From the NCBI GenBank assembly GCA_951406725.2, contig OX597837.1:23684001-23748000 (forward strand): a stretch of 64,000 bases of DNA. The letters are read 5' to 3'. Source of the stretch: Octopus vulgaris (taxonomy: Eukaryota). The number at the start of each line of letters is the position of its first letter. The stretch's first letter is position 1. Shown piece by piece: positions 1 through 11,304 of this stretch. Under the pieces are notes generated by a model, which did not search any database, was not told the origin of the DNA, and saw nothing but the letters and a program-made list of their open reading frames with translations. The position numbers were made by a program, and so were the translations under genes.

Positions 1-639
1 CTGCCCTTTGGCAAGGTATAGTACCTGTCCAGCCACGCTGCCTGGGATATAGGGAGATCATGGGATTGCAGCATGGTGGATTGAAAAGCAATAGAAGAGC
101 TCAGCTGAGCCAGCAGTGCTTCTTACATTGATGCTCAGGCGGAGGAATACTAGAAGATTGTCAGAATCACTAAGCTCTATCAAGTGAGTAACTGTGACAC
201 ATCCATATGGGCAGCATGCATGGTTGTGTAATGAAAGATTCATTGTGATTCAAGCTCCCAATCAAATTCCTAATAATGGAATCGGATGGCGACAGAGAGT
301 CCTGTGAATCTGTGAAAGCAGTGAAAAAAAAAAGCCTCAGGAAAATCTTGGTCAAACAAATCTATACCTTACTTACTTAGGATACCTAATCCTCAAAGGA
401 AAAGCCATTTTGCCCATCATCTAGATCCATCGTTGCAATTTTCTTTTCATGGATAGAACCCAATCCTGTGTCCTCCTTCAGGTTGTTGATAAATGTCAGG
501 CAAACTGTCCCATGCTTGTTGTCAAGTGGTGGTGCCTGACCCAAACAAGCAAGAAAAGGTGAGCATCAAAACAATGATGATGCTTGTCATCATCATTTAA
601 CATCCACATTGCCAATGTTGGTGCCACTTAGAAACCATC

Positions 640-886
640 CAGTCCACACTGTAAAGTGGTTGGCATTTGGAAGGGCATCCAGCTGTTAAAAACCATGCCA
701 AAACTGACCTCACCTGTCCTGGTGCCACATAAAAAGCACTTAGCTCTCTCAGCAGGGTGGTTGGTGCTAGGAAGGGCATCCAGCCATAAAAACCATGCCA
801 AAACAGACACAGAAGCATGGCACAGGCTCCTGTCAAGCCATCCAACTCATGCCAGCATAGAAGGAAGATGTTAAACAATGATGATG
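640..886 (+). mobile_element. RTE LINE 3' UTR fragments (two partial tandem copies) ending in (GAT)n
   Basis: GTGGTTGG...GGAAGGGCATCCAGC motif twice, then CCATCCAACTCATGCCAGCAT...TTAAACAATGATGATG, as in the RTE tail at 17980-18777. Confidence 0.7.
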
Positions 887-2139
887 TTCCATATTGGCAT
901 AGGTTGGATGGTTGGACATGACCCAAGGACTGCATTGCACTCCAGTGTCTAATCTGGCTTGGTTTCTGACAGTTGGATGCCTTTCCTAATACCAACCACT
1001 TCACAGACTGTCCTGGGTGCATTTTACATGGTACCAGCATTTGTGAGGTCACCGTGCCACACCCAAGACTACGGAACCTGAGATGAGAAAGGGTAGCTTT
1101 ATGCTTGGAGATGGTTAAGGTATGAGAGAAGTGGGTGGGGCATAGGTTTTTGTTGTAGGAGCCACATAGCTACTCACATTTCGAGGAGGGAGTGAGACAG
1201 AATCAGAAATAATTATAAAGAGATAAATAATAGTGTTGGGGTATCTTGGTGGCCCCTCAAAGTGAGAATCACTATTTTTGTAATCTTTATGTCCTGTTTG
1301 TTTCGGCATTAGGACACCCAGTTGCTCAGACAACCGGCACATACCATTTCACCAGCAACAGTGGGAGTACAGGATGACAGTCAGCCAAAACCATCACTAT
1401 GCTGTCTCTCTTCTTTCCTCTCTCTGTGGGGTTAATAATCTTAATCTTTAGTTACAGTTTCTCATTCAAACTACATAATAGGCAGAATTGTCGGATTAAG
1501 ACAGTAGGGTGTTTGAAGGAGATTTGGCAAAAGTGGGTGGGGACAGAGAGAGTAAGAGAGTAAGTGGGTGGGTATTTGCTAGAGTGAATTGTGTTACTTG
1601 TAGTAGTAGTAATTGTAGTAGAGGTAGTAGTTGTAGAAGCCATCTTAGTGATTTTGGTGGTGGTGGTTGTTCAAGTAGTAATAGTACCAATAAGTGCATC
1701 TACAGGAAGGTATGAATAGTGAAGTTGTAGCAGAACTGAATTGTCCAGCTGTGACTATCTTGTGTGTGTGTGTGTATGTTTATGTATGTGTATATGTATA
1801 TATGTAGGCATATGTATGTGTGTGTGTGTGTATGTACACACACACATGCATATATACACACACACAGATACATATATATATGTCGACACAAATAAATCAA
1901 GATGTTTGAGGTCAATAGGTTTGTTTTTGATAAATAAAAGTGAGAATCAATAGGTTTGTTAAGTGTAACGAGATTTTTGTTGGATGTGTTGAAGTTGTTG
2001 TTGTTGGTGGTATGGTGGTGGTGGTGGTGGGCAGTGATGGTGGTGATGGGGCTGTCAAGCAAGACCATCTATGTACACAGCTTTATAATGCTGGTCATCC
2101 GTGTTGTTGCAAGAACACTTCTGCTTGAGACAAAACGCA

Positions 2140-2585
2140 CAGACAAACACACATAAATGCACACTCATATACGAGCACGAGATATGCACATAAACACACT
2201 ATCTCTTTCTCTCTCTCTCTCAAACACACTCACAAAGCCATATGAACACACACATGCACAAACACACGCTCACTTGCAAACACTCTCACAAACACATATT
2301 AATGTACAAATACAAACATACATGCACATGCACAAAATACATACACTCCACACACACACAAACACTCTCAAACACACAAATACATAGGAACATATGAACA
2401 CGTACTAAATACTCATGCATATACACACACACACACACACTCTCAAACGCACACACACGTACACATACTAAATACTCATGCACACACACACACACACACA
2501 CACTCTCAAACGCACACAAATACATAAGAACATACGAACACGTACACGTACTAAATACTCATGCACACACACACACACACACACA

Positions 2586-2618
<33 letters not shown>
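2140..2618. repeat. (CA)n-rich compound microsatellite with an internal repeat (CGTAC..TAAATACTCATGC)
   Basis: Direct inspection. Confidence 0.85.
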
Positions 2619-2620
<2 letters not shown>

Positions 2621-3149
2621 GGTTAACACTGGTCTGCAGTGTTGTTTACAGATTGGTTCTAATTTTAGACACAACGATGTCTACAAGTGGAACCACAACA
2701 TCACCAGCTGTTCCGAACCTTTTACTATCACAAACCATTTTGGAAAATCAATTGCCCTTTGTAACCCTATCCCCAACCCCTCGCTTTTTTTTTTTTTTTT
2801 GTAATATTTAAATAAAAATCAATTTTCCAGACATTGATAGGCACTGACATGGTTGTGTGGTTAAGAAGTTTTTTTTTTTCTGCCACATGGTTTCAAGTTC
2901 AATCTCATCGCGTGGCACTTTGAGCAAGTGTCTTCAACCTTTGTTTCAGAGCAAACATTGCCTTGTCAGTGAGGTGGATAGATGGAAGCTGTGTTACACT
3001 TGCTTGCTTGCTTCATGCTCTTACTTGATGGGAGTGGGGTCATCTCAGATTAGTGGTCCCAGAGACATCATCTTGCATAGACCTGACCAGGTCCACTAGT
3101 GCTATCCATCACTGGTGGTCTCATACCCTTCTGCATCCTCCATATATAT

Positions 3150-3475
3150 CATCATCGTCATCATCATCGTTTAACATCTGTTTTCCATGCTGGCATGGGT
3201 TGGACTGTTCAACTGGGGTCTGGGAAGCCAGGAGGCTGTGCCTGGCCCCAGTCTGACCTGGCAGTGTTTCTATAGCTCGATGCCCTTATTAACGCCAACC
3301 ACTCTGAGAGTGTAGTGGGTGCTTTTTACATGCCATTGGCACAGGGGCCAGAGTAGCTGGCATCGACCATGATTGGACGGTGCTTTTTATGTGCCACTGG
3401 CACGAAAGCCAGTCAAAGCGGCACTGGCATCGGCCACGTTCGGATGGTTCTTTTACGTGCTGCCAGCACGGGGAT
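3150..3475 (-). mobile_element. RTE LINE 3' UTR fragment
   Basis: (CAT)n tail followed by the reverse complement of the RTE tail and its GTGCC-GGCAC hairpin repeats. Confidence 0.8.
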
Positions 3476-3676
3476 CATATATATTTATGTGCAGTTAAAT
3501 ACATGTCCAGTCATAGAGTGACCAATGATTTCACATCCATAAACTGCTTAGCTTTATGGACGACTCCGCAGACTCTATTGACGGAGGGTATATAACCCCT
3601 CTTCAAACCAGAGGTAGGAATCCATTATGGTCAGTATGCTTCTTTTTGGATATATGATCCACTAACGATATATATA

Positions 3677-4068
3677 GGTGTGGCTGTATGGTAAGACGAT
3701 TACTTTCCAACCACATGGTTCCGAGTTCAGTCACACTGCATGACACCTTGAGCAAGTGTCTTCTGCTATAACCTTGGGCTGACCAAAGCCTTGTGAGTGA
3801 ATTTGGTAGACAGAAACTGAAAATAGCCCAGCATGTGTGTGTATGGGGGTGTGGGGAGTGCATGCATGTGTGTGTGAATGTGTTTGTCCCACACCACCTT
3901 TTGACATCTGGTGTTGATGTGTATTCACTTCCATAACTTAGTGGTACAGCAAAAGTGACTGATAAGTACCATGCTTAACAAAAAATAGTGCTGGGGTCGA
4001 TGTGTTCAGCCAAAATTCAAGGTGGTGCTCCAGCATGGCCATAGTCTGAGTGACTGAAACAAGTAAAA
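3677..4068 (+). mobile_element. SINE-A, full length (tRNA-like head, internal (TG)n, CR1-like tail)
   Basis: A box TGGCTGTATGG, B-box-like GAGTTCAGTCA, CORE-like CCTTGAGCAAGTGTCTT, tail GGTGGTGCTCCAGCATGGCC...CTGAAACAAGTAAAA; more than 20 copies in the window. Confidence 0.85.
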
Positions 4069-4192
4069 TATATAGATAACCTTCATGTTGGGGCGAGGTC
4101 ACTTGACCCTGTTATCTCCCCTACTATCCCTCTAGCGTCTAACATCTGACCTCTAACGTTTGACCTCCGATCTCTGACTTCTCCTGAAATCA

Positions 4193-4394
4193 GAACGCCA
4201 TGTTGGATCGTTAGCCCCTAAACGCAATTTTTTTCTCTCCTTGTTTCTTTTCTGTGTATCTTTCTGTTGAAGAGCGTAGGCTCGAAACGTAAAAGACTTG
4301 TTTTATTTCTATTCCTGAGTGCCATACTAATACAATTGCTTGTTTGTACTCCACCTGCCTTCGTCTTTTGTTTATTTTCGTAAACCTTCCCGTT
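4193..4394 (+). mobile_element. Short hammerhead-containing element, family F, probable Penelope-like pLTR (may extend upstream to about 4080)
   Basis: Closely similar direct repeat at 4977-5210; ends in (TA)n; carries a minimal hammerhead motif. Confidence 0.65.
4259..4296 (+). ncRNA. Minimal hammerhead ribozyme variant (PLE type), non-canonical core position 6
   Basis: Stem I TCTTT/AAAGA, core CTGTTGA plus extra A, stem II GAGC-GTAG-GCTC, GAAA, palindromic ACGT stem III, GUA cleavage triplet. Confidence 0.6.
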
Positions 4395-4763
4395 ATATAT
4401 ATGTATATATCAAGTAGTTGTTGCTAGGAAGGGAATCCAGCTGTAGAAACCAAGCCAAAAATTAAGTCAGTAGAAATGAGACGAACGGTTTTCTAGTGAC
4501 TATTTGCTTTTTGTTAATAATGAAATACTAACTCATGTAGTTTACAGGAAACATTAAGAGTATTTCCTAGAACTGATAAGATATCTACCTCTGACTCATC
4601 AACTTGAATTGGCTTAAGTTCCTTGTACCACTTCTCAAGTATGACATGACATCACTTTCTCTTCCATTCCCCTTTTTTAGACATGATTTCCTGAGTGATT
4701 GAAGACATCCTAGAGTAATGTGGACTAAAATGCATAAGATGCACAAAGAGCATATATATATGT

Positions 4764-4940
4764 TCTTTTATTCTTTTACTTGTTTCAGTCTGCAGTCATG
4801 ATGAGGCACCACCTTGGAGAATTTTTAGCCAAATAAATCGACCCCCAGGACTTTTTTTTTGTTGTTGTTCTAAGCCTGGTATTTATTCTATCAGACTCTT
4901 TTTGCTGAACTGCTAATTTACAGGGATGTAAGCACACCAG

Positions 4941-4943
<3 letters not shown>
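4764..4943 (-). mobile_element. SINE-A 3' half
   Basis: Reverse complement of the SINE-A tail, ending at the internal (TA)n. Confidence 0.8.
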
Positions 4944-4976
<33 letters not shown>

Positions 4977-4977
<1 letters not shown>

Positions 4978-5210
4978 AACGGCATGTTGGATCATTAGCT
5001 CCTACACGCATTTTTTTTCTCTCCTTGTTTCTTTTCTGTGTATTTTTCTGCCGAAGAGTATAGGCTCGAAACGTAAAAGACTTGTTTTATTTCTATTCCT
5101 GAGTGCCATACTAATACAATTGTTTGTTTGTACTCCACCTGCCTTCGTCTTTTGTTTATTTTCGTAAACTTGCCTTCGTCTTTTGTTTATTTTCGTAAAC
5201 CTTCCCATTA
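4977..5210 (+). mobile_element. Family F hammerhead element, second copy, with a 29-bp internal tandem duplication
   Basis: Homologous to 4193-4394; inserted in (TA)n; GCCTTCGTCTTTTGTTTATTTTCGTAAAC at 5141 and 5172. Confidence 0.65.
5043..5080 (+). ncRNA. Minimal hammerhead ribozyme variant (PLE type)
   Basis: TTTTT-CTGCCGA-A-GAGT-ATAG-GCTC-GAAA-CG-TA-AAAGA. Confidence 0.55.
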
Positions 5211-5767
5211 TATAGATAACATGCTTGGCTATGAGGATAAGGGGAATAATTCTTTCCTTGGAAACAGTGAGGGTTGGTGACAGGAAGGGCATCCAGCCAT
5301 AGAAAAACCTGCTTCAGTGAACTCCATCTGATTCATTTAAGCATGGAAAAGTGGATGTTAAAAACAGGGATGATGATGATGACAATGATGATGATGATGA
5401 TGATGATTATAATGCATCCGCAGCAGATTTAGAGAGAAAATGGATGGAACTAGCAAGCAAGTTGTGTGAGAGACTGATAGACTTCACAACCATTAATTAT
5501 ACCAGGAAGATTTCAAAACTAAAAGATTTTTGTCTTTGCAACACTTTCACAATTATGCAGTGGACCCTATTTGTGTTACGACCCATTGCTTGGAAACCCT
5601 CTGCCGATAGGCCACCATACACCATAGAGAGCAGGCTTCTAGACAGCTGCTCTGTTGCTTAACTGGTTGGAAAAAGCAGCCAGATTTCCTCAAATCATAC
5701 ATGTTACCTCAAGAAAAAAAAAAAAATTAAAAAGGAAAGACACATTGGGTAATGTAATTCCAGACAC

Positions 5768-5919
5768 TGTGTGGTAAGAAGTTTGCTTCCAGGTTTAATC
5801 CCACTGCATGGCACCTTGTGCAAGTGTCTTCTACTATGGTATCAAAGCCTTGTAAATGGATTTGGTAGATAGAAACTGAAAAAAACTCATATATATCTTA
5901 TGTATATATATATATATAT

Positions 5920-5960
<41 letters not shown>

Positions 5961-6430
5961 GTCTTCTGTGCCGGTGGCACGTAAAAAGCACCAACCAATT
6001 GTGGCCGCTGCCAGACTCCCCTGGCACCTGTGCCGGTGGCACGTAAAAAGCACCCACTACACTCACGGAGTGGTTGGCGTTAGGAAGGACATCCAGCTGT
6101 AGAAACACTGCCAGATCAGACTGGAGCCTGGTGCAGCCTCCTGGCTTCCCAGACCCCGGTCGAACTGTCCAACCCGTGCTAGCATAGAAAACAGATATTA
6201 AACGATGATGATGATGTGTGTGTGTGTGTTTGTCACCCACCCTCGCTTGATAACCAATGCTGGTGTGTTTATGTCACTGTAACTTAGCAGTTTGGCAAAA
6301 GAGACCAATAGAATAAGTACCAGGCTTTAAAAAAATAGTACTGGGGTAGGTTTATTTTGACCAAATTTTCTTTAAGGCAGTGCTCCAGCATGGCCACAGT
6401 CTAATTACTGCAACAAGTAAAAGATAAACG
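5768..6430 (+). mobile_element. SINE-A interrupted in its internal (TA)n by an RTE 3' end
   Basis: 5' half 5768-5890, 3' half 6215-6430. Confidence 0.75.
5962..6214 (+). mobile_element. RTE LINE 3' UTR fragment
   Basis: Two GTGCCGGTGGCACGTAAAAAGCACC units, conserved tail and (GAT)n. Confidence 0.85.
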
Positions 6431-6577
6431 GATATACAAAATGTTGGAATGGTCACAGCTTGAACATCTTTGGTCATATAGGTCTTGCTTAATTGTGAAA
6501 CTGCCTTGAGACTAAACAGCATCAAAATAGCAAACTGTTGGCAAATTCACACACACACACACACATTGTGAGCCACT

Positions 6578-7234
6578 GGGAGATTTAGCTGCTATTTCTA
6601 CATTGTAACTGATCTCAATAGTGGTGTTGGCAGTGGTATTGTCTCTGTTTCTGAGCCCAAGGTCAGTCCTGGTTGATCAAAGATGTGCCTGCTGCCAGCC
6701 AGGTTCATCTGTCATTTTTTAGGGTGCTGTCAATGGCTACATCATCCAGTGTGTCTTTCCTTTCTTTAAGTTTGCAAGGTATAACTTGAGGGAGATTTGG
6801 CTGCTATTTCTGCATTGTGAGTGATTTTGCTAGTGGTTATAACATCAGTATTTTCACTGCTTTTGAGCCCTCTGTGAGCCCTAGTTGATCACAGGAGTGC
6901 CTGCTGCCAGCCAGGTTCATCTGTCATTTTTTAGGGTGCTGTCAAGGGCTACATCATCCAGTGTGTCTATCCTTTCTTTAAGTTTGCAAGGTATAACTTG
7001 AGGGAGATTTGGCTGCTATTTCTGCATTGTGAGTGATACTACTAGTGGTTATGACATTAGTATCTTCACTGCTTTTGAACCCTCTGTCAGCCCTAGTTGA
7101 CCACAGGAGTGCCTACTGCCAGCCAGGATCACCTGTCATTTTCAGGGAGGTATCTATGGCTACATTATCCAACTTGTGTTTCCTTTCTTTAAGATTGCAG
7201 GATACGACTTGAGGGAGATTTGGCTGCTATTTCT
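6578..7234. repeat. 212-bp tandem repeat, about 3.1 units
   Basis: GGGAGATTT(A/G)GCTGCTATTTCT recurs at 6578, 6790, 7002 and 7213 with homologous sequence between. Confidence 0.9.
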
Positions 7235-7529
7235 TGAAGTTCAAGCATCTGCATGAAAGCTTCTTCATTAGCTGTTGTCGTTAATGCTGCTGGTGATGCT
7301 GTAAATTTTGCACTTATAAACAGTAACATCGAAACAAAAAAAAAACGGTGGGGAATAGGTGTGTTATATACCCCCACCCCCTTCCTTTCTAAGCATGCAT
7401 CTTCGTCCTTTCCTTTTATCTTAATTCATTCCTCAACTGAAATTTCAGTAAATTTCAGTCTTTGAAGTCTTATTTTTTTAAAATTTTTCTTAAATATAAC
7501 TTATCTTTATGTTTGTTAAAATTTTTTTT

Positions 7530-7548
7530 TGCACATATGTGTATGTTC

Positions 7549-7579
<31 letters not shown>

Positions 7580-7601
7580 TATATATATATATAAAATATA
7601 C

Positions 7602-7643
<42 letters not shown>

Positions 7644-7768
7644 TTACATTCATATATGTGTGTATTTGTATATATGTATTTGTATTTGTATATATATATA
7701 TATATGTGTGTATGTGTAAATATAGATGTGTGTATGTATATATATGTTCATATACATGTCTGTGTGTC

Positions 7769-7814
<46 letters not shown>

Positions 7815-8110
7815 CATACATATACACACACAAACATACATGCATTTAAATGTATATATTTATATATACATATATATATATATATATATACATACATATA
7901 CACACACAAACATACAGGCATATAAATGTATATATTTATATATACATATATATATATATAGACATCAATACATACATATGTATGTATGTGTGTGTGTGTG
8001 TATATATATATATACATATATATAAATATGTACCCACACACACATACATATATGTATATATAAATGTATGGCTCTGTGTGCGTGTGTCTGTCTGTATATA
8101 TGTGTGTATG
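7530..8110. repeat. (TA)n/(TG)n/(CA)n compound microsatellite
   Basis: Direct inspection. Confidence 0.9.
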
Positions 8111-8387
8111 TTGTTTTTTCTATTTCCTTCTATTTGGTAATGGTAAATAATTAGAGAACCACGTAAGTGTTAACTGTAAAACTTCTTTCACACCATATAT
8201 TTTCACAGTGCATTCACATCAGCTGACAAACATTTGATGTGCTCTTGTTTTAAAGAGTTTATATCTTTGAACGATATAAAAATACCAGAACGATCATGCA
8301 AAAATAGAAAAATAATTACAAACTAGTCTACACACAATCACACACACACACATTCTTTTTTTTTCTGTTTTTTTTTTTTTTTTTTTT

Positions 8388-8836
8388 TTTTACTTGTTTC
8401 AGTCAATTGGATTGTGGCCATGCTGAGGCACCACCTTGAAGGGTTTGGCTGAAATAAATTGACCTTAGTACTTTTGGTTTTTCGTTCTCCTTTTCTTTGA
8501 AGCCTGGTTCTTATTTTTTTTTTTTTTGGTCTCTGTTAGCAAACTGCTCGGTTGCAGGGATATAAACAAAGCAACACCATTTGCTAAGCAGTGTGCATGG
8601 TGAACAAACACAATGTGAATACATACACACATGCACACACGCACACATGCACACGCACATGCACATGCATATATGCGATGAGCTTCCTTCAGTTTCCATC
8701 TCTCAAATCCACTCACAAAGCTTTGGTGAGCCTGGGGCTATAGTAGAAAACGACTTGCCCAAGGGGCCATGTAGTGGAACTGAACCCAAGACCACATGGT
8801 TGAAAAACAAGCTTCTCAACCATACAGCCACACCTA
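8388..8836 (-). mobile_element. SINE-A, diverged full-length copy
   Basis: Reverse complement of tail, internal (CA)n and head. Confidence 0.75.
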
Positions 8837-9032
8837 CACCCACCACACAACCATGCCATGTATTCCTTTATTCTTGTTGTCTTTTATTGGTTTGAGTCAT
8901 CGGATTATGGCCATGCTGTAGCATCGCATTTCAAGGATCTTTGATACTTATGTCAGATCCGGTATTTAGTCTGGTACTTGTTTTTCAATATCTGTTTATC
9001 AAACAGCTATGTTTACCCTTTCTTACATGGAC

Positions 9033-9076
9033 ACATGCTGTTTCAACCTGATTTAGTCTCCTCAGTGGCAAATATC
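9033..9076 (-). ncRNA. Truncated hammerhead copy lacking C17 and the 3' strand of stem I
   Basis: 44 bp identical to 11902-11945. Confidence 0.6.
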
Positions 9077-9102
9077 TCAATGTAACTCAGCACCAAAATA
9101 TT

Positions 9103-10472
9103 TTAAATTCTTTTGTTGCCATATTTCTGTTGAAGTACACTGCCTTTCATTTTTCTGTTGAAGTACACTGCCTTTCATTTTTCTGTTGAAGTACACTGCC
9201 TTTCATTTTTCTGTTGAAGTACAATGCCTTTCATTTTTCTGTTGAAGTACACTGCCTTTCATTTTTCTGTTGAAGTACACTGCCTTTCATTTTTCTGTTG
9301 AAGTACACTGCCTTTCATTTTCTGTTGAAGTACAATGCCTTTCATTTTTCTGTTGAAGTACACTGCCTTTCATTTTTCTGTTGAAGTACAATGCCTTTCA
9401 TTTTTCTGTTGAAGTACAATGCCTTTCATTTTTCTGTTGAAGTACACTGCCTTTCATTTTACTGTTGAAGTACACTGCCTTTCATTTTTCTGTTGAAGTA
9501 CACTGCCTTTCATTTTTCTGTTGAAGTACAATGCCTTTCATTTTTCTGTTGAAGTACACTGCCTTTCATTTTTCTGTTGAAGTACACTGCCTTTCATTTT
9601 TCTGTTGAAGTACACTGCCTTTCATTTTTCTGTTGAAGTACAATGCCTTTCATTTTTCTGTTGAAGTACACTGCCTTTCATTTTTCTGTTGAAGTACAAT
9701 GCCTTTCATTTTTCTGTTGAAGTACAATGCCTTTCATTTTTCTGTTGAAGTACACTGCCTTTCATTTTTCTGTTGAAGTACACTGCCTTTCATTTTTCTG
9801 TTGAAGTACACTGCCTTTCATTCTTCTGTTGAAGTACACTGCCTTTCATTTTTCTGTTGAAGTACAATGCCTTTCATTTTTCTGTTGAAGTACAATGCCT
9901 TTCATTTTTCTGTTGAAGTACAATGCCTTTCATTTTTCTGTTGAAGTACACTGCCTTTCATTTTTCTGTTGAAGTACACTGCCTTTCATTTTTCTGTTGA
10001 AGTACACTGCCTTTCATTTTTCTGTTGAAGTACAATGCCTTTCATTTTTCTGTTGAAGTACAATGCCTTTCATTTTTCTGTTGAAGTACAATGCCTTTCA
10101 TTTTACTGTTGAAGTACACTGCCTTTCATTTTACTGTTGAAGTACACTGCCTTTCATTTTTCTGTTGAAGTACACTGTCTTTCATTTTTCTGTTGAAGTA
10201 CACTGCCTTTCATTTTACTGTTGAAATACACTGCCTTTCATTTTTCTGTTGAAGTACACTGTCTTTCATTTTTCTGTTGAAGTACACTGCCTTTATTTCA
10301 ATGAATTTTGAAAATATGAAAAGTTTAGTGAAAATCATTTTGTCGTTATTAAGCTGTTGTTTGAGACATAAATGAACATGATGTTTTGACGGAAGGTTTT
10401 AATTTAAATAAGAAGAAGTTTGTATCATAGAACCAAGGGCTGCCTCAGGCAGGCTGGTATTAAAAGGGATAA
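9103..10472. mobile_element. piggyBac-like MITE carrying an expanded internal minisatellite
   Basis: Left end TTAA-ATTCTTTT (decayed), right end AAAAGGG-ATAA; 10295-10470 is homologous to the reverse complement of 37838-38395. Confidence 0.55.
9124..10293. repeat. 28-bp minisatellite, 42 units (TTTTTCTGTTGAAGTACA(C/A)TGCCTTTCA)
   Basis: Period 28 measured directly; units counted by eye. Confidence 0.95.
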
Positions 10473-10535
10473 GGTATTTCTTTGTGATGCATCGATTTAC
10501 AGATATGCATGCACACACACACACACACCAAGATG

Positions 10536-10845
10536 CAGGTGTAGCTTCCCAACCATATAGTTCTGGGTTCAGTCCCACTGTGTGGCACCTTGAACAAGTG
10601 TCTTCAACTATAGCCTTGGGCCAGCCAAAGCATTGCGAGTGGATTTTGTAGATGGAAACTGAAAGAAGCCCGTTATAATTATGTGTGTGTATGTACATGT
10701 TTATGGTCCTTTGTATCTTTGTTTGTATCCCACCACCACTTGACGATCGGTATTGGTGTGTTAACATGCCCGTAACTTAGCGGCTCAGCAAAAGAGACCA
10801 ATAGAATAAATATCAGGCTTAAAAATAAGACAAAAGATAAAAGAT
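10536..10845 (+). mobile_element. SINE-A with internal deletions
   Basis: GGGTTCAGTCCCACTG...GAAACTGAAAGAAGCCCG...CAAAAGAGACCAATAGAATAA. Confidence 0.8.
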
Positions 10846-11304
10846 ACATGTATGGTGATTGTCAGCTCACTTTTGAGCATAACCACTTTCACATTGTAGA
10901 CATATGCAATGAGAAAGGTTTGATACTATTCTTAGCTTGATTCCTTTAACACCTACCTAAGCTTGATTTTCTTTTAAGTCTTTGGCAACAAATATGGAAC
11001 ATAATTTGGTTAAGAATCCTCCTGACAATAGTTCCTCCCATGTGCATTTGCCCAGAATGGACAAATTGCACAACATTTTGTCTCATAGAAACATCTCAAA
11101 GACACTTGTATATTAAAATCACCGAGCTCTACTTAGAATACCAGTGGATTTCCAATCACAATGTTTCAAACACATTTGGTTTCTTCAAGGGACAAATACT
11201 TCAGATGTTCTGAGCCAAGCCAATAATACATGTTCTAGAAACATTTATTGATTTGTGCAAAAGTAAGCCAGTGTAGAATTAAAATTAATATACACACTAG
11301 AAAC

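Noticed and set aside
1-330. Higher-GC stretch ending in an A-run, possible retrocopy or LINE fragment
   Set aside because: No long open frame and no motif I can identify
2051-2132. Possible pre-miRNA hairpin in a unique island
   Set aside because: Pairing is patchy and I recognise no conserved mature miRNA
5351-5662. 103-aa ORF beginning with poly-Asp
   Set aside because: Starts in a (GAT)n retroposon tail at a GTG; no recognisable domain or splice structure
9124-10293. 28-bp array as a CRISPR array or tandem ribozyme (shares TTTCTGTTGAAG with the motif at 4261)
   Set aside because: No spacers, and no GAAA or stem arrangement after the CTGTTGA; the 12-nt match is likely chance
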